A DNA stretch of 62,901 bases, counting the filler, from Octopus bimaculoides (lineage: Eukaryota), in assembly GCF_001194135.2 (NCBI RefSeq). It is 3 parts of 3 records of this genome, joined end to end, with 100 filler letters (N's around TTAATTAATTAA, not from the genome) between each part and the next. Parts side by side here need not be neighbours in the genome. Positions count along the whole stretch, not along the records: positions 23,114 to 51,729 come from NC_069002.1; 2 more parts are not named here. The stretch is one strand, 5' to 3'. Below the pieces are notes generated by a model, which saw nothing but the letters and a program-made list of their open reading frames with translations, was not told the DNA's origin and did not search any database. Shown here one piece after another: positions 39,792 to 49,069 of this stretch. The stretch's first letter is position 1; each line of letters starts with the position of its first letter. The translations under genes and the position numbers were made by a program.

Positions 39792-40021
39792 GTGAGAAGC
39801 CTTATCGTTGTACAGTGTGCCAGAGTTCGTATTCACAGTTGGCAGGACTGAGAGCCCATCAGAGGAGTTCGCGTCACAGGCCACACTCTGAGGAATCATT
39901 TAGCAACAGTTCTTACCATAAGCAGAGACCCGTCGTCGGACTGACGTCTTCATCGTCATCATCGTCATCGTCGTCGTCGTCATCAACAACAACAACAGCA
40001 ACACAGAATAATCCTCCATAA
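39792..40021 (+). CDS. PRDM12: PRDM12 exon 6, finger 3, Ser/Thr run and stop
   Basis: tttttcAG acceptor; G|[28 protein letters not shown] then S13-T4-ATQNNPP-TAA; overlaps ORF 39770..40021. Confidence 0.97.
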
Positions 40022-40181
40022 ATATTGCAATTGGAAAAACATGTTTTGTTGTTTTTTTTAATTCCATTTTTGTTGTTTTTTTATATTCATATTTTAAAAT
40101 TTTATCTTCAATGGCTGTGGTGAGATCTTTTTACTGAAACTTTAGGAAGACTGAGAGATCGACAATGAGAAGTATTTTGAG

Positions 40182-40257
<76 letters not shown>

Positions 40258-40261
<4 letters not shown>

Positions 40262-40400
40262 ACGGGCTTCTTTCAGTTTCCATCACAAGGCTTTGGTTGA
40301 CCTAAGGCTATAGCAGAAGACTCTTGCCCAAAGTACCATGCAGTGGGACTGAACTCCGAACCATGTCGTTGGGAAGCAACTACACAGCCACTCCTGCGCC
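40258..40400 (-). mobile_element. SINE family A head/core in the PRDM12 3' flank or UTR
   Basis: acaacgggcttctttcag...cttgcccaaagtaccatgcagtgggactgaac...cacagccactcct. Confidence 0.8.
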
Positions 40401-40924
40401 TATATATATATATATATATATACACACACATATATATACAGATTTTTATCTTTCACTTGTTTCAGTCATTGGACTGCGACCATGAGTGTGTTACTATCGA
40501 ACAAGCAACTCCATAGACACCATAGTTTTTGAAAGCTTTATTTCTAGAAACAATATAATGCTATTTGATCCAATTTAAATACATAATCAAGTATTTAGTA
40601 GTCACACTTTGTACAGGTTTCAACGATTTAAAATGTATAGGCATCATACCAAAAGAATAGTGTCCACGTGGGTAAGACAGTATAATGGGGTGTCTATTTA
40701 CTTCTGAAGAACTCGACAAAATACATGGATAAAATCAACTGAAACATCTGAAGGCTGTACCATATCTTCCAGCATACAAGTCAACACTGTATATATTGTA
40801 AATATTCAGATATCACCACCATCTTTCCAAATGCTGCTGCATTTCAAATGAAATGTCTTTCTCCAAATTTATCTTGGAGTATAAGTTGACCAAACATTTG
40901 TTTTTTTAGGGGTTTTTTTTTTTC

Positions 40925-41128
40925 TTTTTTTTCAATTCTAGGCACAAGGCACAAAATTTTGGGGGAAAGGGTCAGTCGATTAACCCTAACCCCAGTACGC
41001 AACTGGTACTTAATTTATCGATCCCGAAAGGCTGAAAGGCAAAGTCGATCTCAGCGGAATTTGAACTCAGATGAAATACCACTAAGCATTTCGCCCAGTG
41101 TGCTAACGTTTCTGCCAGTTCGCCGCCT
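40925..41128 (-). mobile_element. SINE family B, antisense
   Basis: Full reverse-complement copy ending ...ttctgccagttcgccgcctt. Confidence 0.85.
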
Positions 41129-41149
41129 TGGTTTTATGGCAGTAAATTT

Positions 41150-41749
41150 GGATCTTGTTCAAAACGGGGGCACCAGTTTTCATTAATGTTTTATGTAGTG
41201 TTTTGGGTACCGAAAGACTTTCAAACTTCGTATACTTATCTATTTTGTGTTATAGAACAGAAAAAAATTTTGGTATTCGAATTTATTTCATGTAAAAAAT
41301 TGTCTTATTTCGATAATTTCAACCAATCACTGACAAGTATTCAGCTGTTTACACTTACTCTTAAGCGGTGTAAAGCGTATTTAATCTACATTTATAATTT
41401 CGTTAACATCTGCCTGAACTGTATGTGTACAACATTTGCTTTTTTCATTTTCTTTCACGCGTATTTATTTCGTTAACATTTGCTTGAACTGTATGAAAGG
41501 TTAGGGTTAGGGTTAGAGAATCGTTTGTTTACATAGTCAGCACTTAATAACATCCGGCTGAATGGACGTCAGTCATTGGTTGAAATTACAGAAATACGAC
41601 AACTTTCACATGAAATAACTTGCGATGTACGTTTTTTTGTTAAGAAGACTAAGAGAAAAAGATGTTTTATATGACACATTCTACCAGTGTCCCAAGTTTC
41701 AAAGTGTTTCGTTAAGAAAATACTGGTGCCCCCGTTTTGAACAAGATCC
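41150..41749. mobile_element. 600-bp non-autonomous TIR element (MITE) with perfect 28-bp TIRs
   Basis: Left GGATCTTGTTCAAAACGGGGGCACCAGT (41150-41177) is the exact reverse complement of 41722-41749; no ORF; no clean TSD; superfamily not assigned. Confidence 0.85.
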
Positions 41750-42179
41750 GTAAAGGATCTATTCTGGTCCGAAAATTTCAACTTCTATGTTGGGAAATAT
41801 GGTAATTGCAGTCTGCTGATTAAATCAAGTAAAAAGATTAAAGAAAAAAATTTAAATAATCTAGAATTGTGCTTCTAGATAGTTCCTTCATCATTGATGT
41901 TTTATGAATATTAATTTCATTAATATATCATATATCATTGAATATATTTTAGTGTTTATGTTGTATGTATACTTTAATACATCACGAAAAAATTGTTATA
42001 TCATGTATTTCTGAAATGAAAAGAAAAACCAATATAATTGAAAGTAAAATAAGGCTAAATATGTTTGTTTGGGGCAAAGAAAAGTGACATACTGTTGCAT
42101 TATACATACATGTTATCTCATATCAGTTTATGCATTTATCACAGCACATACATTCTACATCAGATTTAACACACACACA

Positions 42180-42317
42180 CACTCTCTGAGTGGTTGGCGT
42201 TAGGAAGGGCATCCAGCTGTAGAAACTCTGCCAGATCAGATTGGAGCCTGGTGTAGCCATCTGGTTCGCCAGTCCTCAGTCAAATTGTCCGACCCATGCT
42301 AGCATGGAAAGCGGACA
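42180..42317 (+). mobile_element. RTE-related short element family D
   Basis: gagtggttggcgttaggaagggcatccagctgtagaaac...catgctagcatggaaagcggac; at least 7 related pieces in the window. Confidence 0.75.
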
Positions 42318-42716
42318 AATGCGTTTCTTTCAATATTTATTTTTGCTAGCAATAGCCAGTTCTTTTGGTCAAACTATCGTATCTCCAGCTGCTTCAGATG
42401 CCAAGATATGAAAAATTGTCAAAGTGTAGTACAACAGTTTAGCATTCTTCACAAATACAAAACCAACACACATAACTCAGAAATGTACAAACACACACAT
42501 ACACACAAACCATCGTCCTTGTTTAACGTCCGTTTTCCGTGCTGGCATGGGTTGGACAGTCTGACAAGCCAGGGAGCTGTCCAGACCGCCAAGTGCATGC
42601 ATAAAATACAATTGTACTTGATGCGTGTACACAAACACACACACACAGGAATACACATATTATGAAGAGGAGGAGGACAAAAAGAGAGAAAGAAAGGACG
42701 ATACATACCAATCGTA

Positions 42717-42855
42717 TTACTGATGGCTGGTGAAGGAATCTGAACTAATGAATCGTAAAGATTTCCGAAGCTGATGGTTGTGGGTCGGCAGTTGTTTATC
42801 TTTACCTTCAGCTGACACACAGTTTATAACGTTTGTAATCATTTCTAGAAGATCC
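42717..42855 (-). CDS. Caspase-8-like terminal exon (DLLEMITNVINCVSAEGKDKQLPTHNHQLRKSLRFISSDSFTSHQ*)
   Basis: gcattttcAG acceptor, phase 2; DL..M.T.V...VS...KQ.P.....LRK.L.F caspase C-terminus; TAA at 42719-42717. Confidence 0.93.
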
Positions 42856-42904
42856 CTGAAAATGCAAAGATGCACATCATCATTATCATCATCATCATCA
42901 TTCT

Positions 42905-43262
42905 TTTATTCTTTCACTGTGGCCATGCTGGAGCACTGTCTTTAGTCGAGCAAATCGACCCCAGCACTTATTTTTTGTAAGCCTAGTACTTATTCTGTCA
43001 GTCGCTTTAGCCGAATTGCTAAGTTACGGGGACATGAACACACTAACATTGGTTGTCAAGCAATATTGCGGGGACGGACACAGAAACACACACATATATA
43101 TACGATGGGCTTCTTTCAGTTTCTGTCTACCAAATCCACTCACAAGGCTTTGGTCGGCCCGAGAGTATAGTAGAAGACACTTGCCCAAAGTGCCATGCAG
43201 TGGGACTGAACCCGGAACCATGTGGTTGGTAAGCAAGCTACTTACCACACAGCCACTCCTAC
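42905..43262 (-). mobile_element. SINE family A, full length, caspase last intron
   Basis: Complete reverse-complement copy from tail to ccacacagccactcct head. Confidence 0.85.
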
Positions 43263-43407
43263 ATTGTCGAAATATATTGCAATGAATTTCATATTTCAAA
43301 ATGTTGGCTGATATTTGTTTGCAGGTCTTAAACTGAAGAACACTCTTCTCTCTTAGCAACACCCAACATTTCTCTCTAATCTTCTTTCTCTTTGTGGGAG
43401 AACACAG

Positions 43408-43635
43408 TTAACCCTTTAGCCTTCAGATTACTCTGACAAATGTAAGGCCTGTTTAATTACATTGTTTTAAATTAATTGTACAGCATCTTGTAACTCTGAG
43501 ATTTTAATGATGTTCCTGATTATTTTTAGAATGACTTTGTAGGGTAGGTGTGAGAGGTCAGAGCTGGTTGGTTTGAGCATAAAACAGGAAGACAATTTTG
43601 GCCTGATGTGGCCGGTTTAAACACTAAAGGGTTAA
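43408..43635. mobile_element. piggyBac-type MITE (TTAA-CCCTTTAG ... CTAAAGGG-TTAA)
   Basis: TTAA at 43408-43411 and 43632-43635 flank 8-bp perfect TIRs starting CCC; 220-bp body. Confidence 0.8.
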
Positions 43636-43711
43636 GTAATTGAACCCCAGAAAAATAAGAACGTTTTTTTTTTCATATTTGCATCAACTGGGAATAAATT
43701 ACAATACTTAC

Positions 43712-43859
43712 TTTTCCTTTGCATAAGTTTCAAATTCATTAGTAATGTGTTTGATAAATCTGCATCCTTCCTCTGGACATCGAAATGAAAAATAACCAGG
43801 AATGGTAGACATGAAGATAGAAACATCTGCTTTTACCACAGGATTTCCATAATATATGC
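43712..43859 (-). CDS. Caspase-8-like small-subunit exon (CIYYGNPVVKADVSIFMSTIPGYFSFRCPEEGCRFIKHITNEFETYAKE/K)
   Basis: ctccttttAG acceptor, GAAAA|GTAAGT donor; AD.....ST.PGY.S.R....G..FI small-subunit motif; phase 1 in, phase 2 out. Confidence 0.93.
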
Positions 43860-43948
43860 CTAAAAGGAGAAAACAAAGCAAATGGATTGGTTGTTGTTGT
43901 CTATCCCAGATCCATCGGATCTTTCAGCAAAGAAATTACATCATAGTT

Positions 43949-44200
43949 GTCATCTTCATTGTTTAGCATCCATTTTCCATGCTGGCATGGGTTAGACAGT
44001 TTGACTGGAACTGGTAAGCTGGAGAGCTTCAGTCCGGTTTGGCTTGATTTCTATGGCTGGATACCCTTCCTAATACCAACCTTCCAGGAATGTAGCGGAT
44101 CCCTTTTAAGCGTCACCTGCACAGGTGCCTCTTACATGTCACTGGCACAGGTGCCTTTTACACGTCACTAACATGATAATCTTTTATGTGTTACTGGCAC
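43949..44200 (-). mobile_element. Family D copy with ~22-bp subrepeats
   Basis: ccatgctggcatgggttagacag...ggatacccttcctaataccaacc then gtcacctgcacaggtgcct-like repeats. Confidence 0.65.
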
Positions 44201-44484
44201 TGGCCATGACAACAATTCCATTTGGCTTCATGAATCGACTCAAGCAGAGCAGATTGCCAAAGATCTGGAACCATGTGGTTGGGAAACCAGCTTCTTACCA
44301 CATGGCCTGTGGAGTGTTTTTTAACCTTTCAGGAAATAAAAGAGCAGCAAATGATGAAAATGTATCTCATTTTCTTCCATTTCACTTTTCATGTAAAAAC
44401 AGTAGAAATAAACCATCCATACAGTAATCTTAGAGAAAGTTGTGTTGGAATATCACCATTTAGAAAATATACATATATAGATTC

Positions 44485-44682
44485 TTTTACTCTTTTACTT
44501 GTTTCAGTCATTTGACTGTGTCCATGCTGGAGCACCGCCTTTAGTCGAGCAAATCGACCCCAGGACTTATTCTTTGGATGCCTAGTACTTATTCTATCGG
44601 TCTCTTTTGCCGAACCGCTAAGTTACAGGGATGTAAGCACACCAGCATCAGTTGTCAAGCGATGTTGGGGGGACAAACACAG

Positions 44683-44730
<48 letters not shown>

Positions 44731-45285
44731 GACGGGCTTCTTTCAGTCCCACTGCATGGCACCTTAAGCAAATGTCTTCTACTATAGCCTTAGGTCAACC
44801 AAAGCCTTGTGAGCTGGCAGAAACGTTAGCACGGTGGGCGAAACGCTTAGCAGTATTTCGTCTACCGTTACATTCTGAGTTCAAATTCCACCAAGGTTGA
44901 CTTTGCCTTTCATCCTTTCGGGGTGGATAAATTTAGTACCAGTTACGCACTAGGGTCGATGTAATCAACTTAATCCCTTTCTCTATCCTTGTTTGTCCTG
45001 TCTATGTTTAGCCCCCTGGGGAGCAACAAAGAAATAAGAAACTGAAAGAAATTCGTGTGTGTGTGTGTATTTTTGCGTCTGTGTGTATTTGTGTACCCCC
45101 TCCCCACCACTGCTTGACAACTGATGTTGGTGTGTTTGCATCCCTGTGGCTTAGTGGTTCAGCAAAAGGGACTGATGGAATAAGTACTAGGCTTACGGGG
45201 AATAAGTCCTGGGGTTGATTCATTCAACTAAAGGCGATGCTCCAGCATAGCCACAGTCAAATGACTGAAACAAATAAAAGAATAT
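44485..45285. mobile_element. Nested SINE cluster: family A (-, 44485-44745), A core (+), family B (+, 44808-44985), family A 3' half (+, 45040-45282)
   Basis: Consecutive matches to family A and B consensus in mixed orientation. Confidence 0.75.
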
Positions 45286-45341
45286 ACTTCTTCCTCAGAC
45301 ATATTATCATGGAAAGATCAAAGAATTCAAACATTACTTAC

Positions 45342-45668
45342 AGTCATTCACAGCATCAAAAGAACAATCTTTCTGATCATTTTTGTTTTGACATGCTTGG
45401 ATGAAAAATAACTTCGGCTTATCTTGAAGAGACGGGCATTTGTCTGTATTAAAGAGTTCTACCAACTCAATAATCCCCACAGGTATACTGTCGCTTCCAT
45501 ATACTTCACCTTTTGCTCCATGTGATAGGATGAAGCAGGTAAAACAATCATACTGCGTGTGGTCTTCATCACTATATTTTTTTAAACATGCTTTCATTTC
45601 ATCGCTACTTAAATTTTGATGTATTTTTACAGTGAATTGAAATTTTTCAAATAAATCCTGAAGTTTCT
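45342..45668 (-). CDS. Caspase-8-like catalytic exon (KLQDLFEKFQFTV...DCFTCFILSHG...CPSLQDKPKLFFIQACQN...AVND/C)
   Basis: tattacAG acceptor, GACT|GTAAGT donor; catalytic SHG and QAC; CPSL.xKPKxFFIQACQ resembles caspase-8/10; overlaps ORF 45334..45597. Confidence 0.96.
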
Positions 45669-46150
45669 CTGTAATATAATATTAAATAATTGTTTAAAAA
45701 TCAAAGAAAAAGACATTTAAAAATAGTATGATTATAATAATATGATTTATAATATTTCTTAATTAATTATAGAAATGATACTAATAATTACATAGCAATT
45801 GTATATTATAGTTTCAAGACTTCAATATTCAGATTACTCTGTCAAAAATGTAAGTACTGGAGTCAGTTCCTTCGACTAAAGCAGATTGTTCAAGGTGGTG
45901 CCCCAGCTTGGCTGCAGTCTAATGACTGGAACAAGTAAAAGATAAGAGATGAACGTTTCCTTTCCTATAATAGACTGGTATAGTCTCAGGTTTATCTCAT
46001 CTGTTTATTAACAAAACAGAAATTCATTGCATCGGCTTACTACAGGTAACTCTTAGAAGAAAAAATATTTAGAAGAATAAAAATTTGAAAATTAATGACT
46101 TGTAGGGACACCAGATTTAATTATATACTACAAAGTATATTAAACACTTT

Positions 46151-46570
46151 CATCATCATTATCGTTTAACATCCGCTTTCCATGCTAGCATGGGTCAGGG
46201 AAGCCAGAAGGCTGCACCAGGTTCCAATCTGATCTGGCAGTTTCTACAGCCGGATGCCCTTCCTAATGCCAACCACTCCGAGAATGTAGTGGGTGCTTTT
46301 ACGTGCCACTGGCACGAGGGCCAGTCACACGATACTGGCAACGGCCGCGCTCAAAAAGGTGTTTTTTACGTGCCACCTGCACAGGAGCCAGTCCAGTGGC
46401 ACTGGCAACGACCTCGCTCGAATGATTTTCTAACGTGCCAGAAGGCAACGCTGGTAACGATTATGCTCAAATGGTGCTATTTACGGGCCACTAGCACAGA
46501 AGCCAGACAGCTGCTCTGGCAATGAACACGCTCGACAGTGCTGTTAGTGCTCCACTGGCGCGGTGCCAAA
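46151..46570 (-). mobile_element. Family D copy with (CAT)n tail and internal degenerate subrepeats
   Basis: catcatcattatcgtttaacatccgctttccatgctagc...ggatgcccttcctaatgccaaccactccg followed by repeated tttacgtgccac...gcac.ggagcca units. Confidence 0.7.
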
Positions 46571-46674
46571 TGTATCCTACTGTGTTAGCAGTGCTATTAT
46601 CACAAGTAATACTAAAGAAGGAAGAACTCCTAAAATATGCATATACACCCATTACCTATTTTTCCATTGTGACG

Positions 46675-46990
46675 GTGCATGGCTTAGTGGTTATGGCATT
46701 CGACTCATGATTGTAAGGTCGTGAGTTCAATTCCCGGTGACATGTTGTGTCCTTAAACAACATACTTTATTTCACGTTGCTCCAGTTTACTCAGCTGGCA
46801 AAAACGAGTAGTACCTGTATTTCAAAGGTCCAGTCTTGTCACATTCTGTGTCATGTTGAATCTCCCTGAGAACTACATTAAGGGTACACATGTCTGTGGA
46901 ATGCTCAGCCACTTGCACGTTAATTTCATGAGCAAGCTGTTCCATTAATTGTATCAGCTGGGACCCTCGTCCTCATAACCAACAGAGTGT
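46675..46990 (+). mobile_element. Chimeric SINE: different tRNA head and core joined to the family C 3' half
   Basis: Head catggcttagtggtt...gagttcaattcccgg, core gttgtgtcctt...tttatttcacgttgctccag, then gtatttcaaagg...cacttgcacgttaatttc as in family C. Confidence 0.7.
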
Positions 46991-47114
46991 TCCTTAATTT
47001 TTCCATCTTTTATCGCATTGTTGTTTACATTAGATGTATTCAGATATTAAACATCATAACAAATCGGTGCTGGCTATAATTTATTATAGAAAATCTATGG
47101 CGATAACCTTAACA

Positions 47115-47490
47115 TAGGCATAGGAGTGGCTGTGTGGTAAGTAGCTTGCTTACCATCCACATGGTTCAGGGTTCAGTCCCACTGCGTGGCACCTTGGGCA
47201 AGTGTCTTCTACAATAGCCTCAAGCCAACCAAAGCCTTGTGAGTGGATTTGGCAGGCAGAAACTGAAAGAAGCCCGTCGTATATATGTATATATATATGT
47301 GTGTGTGTATATGTTTGTGTGTCTGTGTTTGTCCCCCACACCATCACTTGACAACCGATGTTGGTGTGTATATGTTTGTGTGTAACTTAGCGGTTCGGCA
47401 AAAGAGGCCGATAGAAAAAGTACTTGGTTTACAAAGAATAAGTCCTGGGGTCGATTTGCTCAAATGACTGAAACAAGTAAAAGAGTAAAG
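47115..47490 (+). mobile_element. SINE family A, full length
   Basis: aggagtggctgtgtggtaagtagcttgc...aaatgactgaaacaagtaaaagagt. Confidence 0.85.
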
Positions 47491-47530
47491 AGTATATGAA
47501 ATTTGAAAAGGTCTCTGAAGACCAACTTAC

Positions 47531-47602
47531 TTTGATCTACCTGAGCCCCTTGTCTCAGTGACCCACTTCTAAATTCAATGTTGTTTATTATGACACAATA
47601 CC
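47531..47602 (-). CDS. Caspase-8-like exon (GYCVIINNIEFRSGSLRQGAQVDQ/K)
   Basis: ttttcatAG acceptor, CAAA|GTAAGT donor; CxIINN..F....R.G...D caspase motif including the S1-pocket Arg. Confidence 0.93.
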
Positions 47603-48078
47603 CTATGAAAATAAAGTTAAAAAAAGGCAAGTGAAATGAGTTTAATTCATTAGATTTCAAATAACAAATAAATATAAGGAGTGAATTTAAGTGAGTTTAT
47701 GATATGGGGATACTGAACACATTCATTAGAACTTTATTTAATTTCTTTTCATTGTAAGTTCTTTCAAGATTGAGATGACTGTCAATGAACTTCATAGACT
47801 CTCTCAAACGAGTGAGGGAGATGTAACGAAGCAAATGCCCAATCTGGATATCCGCATGTCAATGAGTTGAGATAGAAGTGACTAAAGGTTAAGCGGAATT
47901 TTGTGCAACAATGCTAAAGACATCTGAGGATGGTGATGTGCAACTGGGTACAATGTTAGACATGCAACTCAAACTGAAAGCAACCAAAGACCAGGTAGTC
48001 GTGTGACGTCAAAGAAATATCAAAACAGATACATACATATATATAAAAAAAAAACAGAGAAAACGAAATAGAACTGAC

Positions 48079-48129
48079 CTCTTGGCAGAGATTCCATTCT
48101 ATAATATTCTCTACTAATCTTTCTGCTAC
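48079..48129 (-). CDS. Caspase-8-like exon, start of catalytic domain (GSRKISREYYRMESLPR/G)
   Basis: ctgtcttttaAG acceptor, AGAG|GTCAGT donor; YxMxxxPRG is the canonical start of the caspase large subunit. Confidence 0.9.
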
Positions 48130-48744
48130 CTTAAAAGACAGAGAAAACAGAAAATTGTTTCATCATCATCATCAGTTAATGTCCACTTTCCATGCTGGCA
48201 TGGGTGGGATGGTTTGACAGAGAAATTTTTGCAACCAGATAGCTATGCAGCTGGTGTGAAAAAGGGAGAGAATTGAAGGGAAGCTGACCACAGGTCAAGT
48301 GTCAGCAGCAGGTTAGAGGAGAAAGAAGGCAAGAAAGAGGGAGAGAGAGAGGGATGGAGAGAGAAAATAAGGGAAGGAATGAAGGTGGGGGAGGGAAAGG
48401 ACAAAGGCCACAAATACAAGTGAGAGGGCCAGAGAGAGAAAAAAGGGTAAATTGGACAAACTAGGAATAAGAGGGTGAGAGAGAAAAGGAGAAAGAATGA
48501 AGACAAGAATAGAGTCACACAGAATATATGTATAGACTTCCTGTTAACAAAAGTTGGGTGTGTATTGTGTACCGTTACTTAATAAATGACAAAATGCATT
48601 GTAAACAGATAAAAATCATATACTTATACTGAGGGTGTATAACCAGATGAGAAACAGACAGAGAAGGTCCCTAATTCTTCAACAGGTGTCAACCAAATGG
48701 TAATACTCAGTTTTGCACCATTATATATGTACATATATAATAGG

Positions 48745-48960
48745 TGTAGGTGTGAGTCTGTGGCTAAGAGGTTTCCTTCTGAACCACATGGTTTGGGGTT
48801 CAGCCCCGCTGCATGGCACCTTGGGCAAATGTCTTCTACTATAGCTCGTTGACTGACCAAAGTGTTGTGAGAGAATTTAGTAGACGGAAACAGTGGAATC
48901 CAGTCATGTGTATGGAGGGGGGGCGTGTGTGTGTGTGTGTGTGTCTCCAAACTTGGAAAT
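48745..48960 (+). mobile_element. SINE family A head/core
   Basis: gtgtgagtctgtggctaagagg...ggggttcagcccc...gcaccttgggcaaatg. Confidence 0.75.
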
Positions 48961-49069
48961 AAGTATAAGATGATGAGAGGAAGGGCATCTGGTTGTAGAA
49001 AATCTGCTTCAATAAACTTCAGCCAAACCATGCAAGCATGGAAAATTGCATGTTAAAACGATGTTGATG

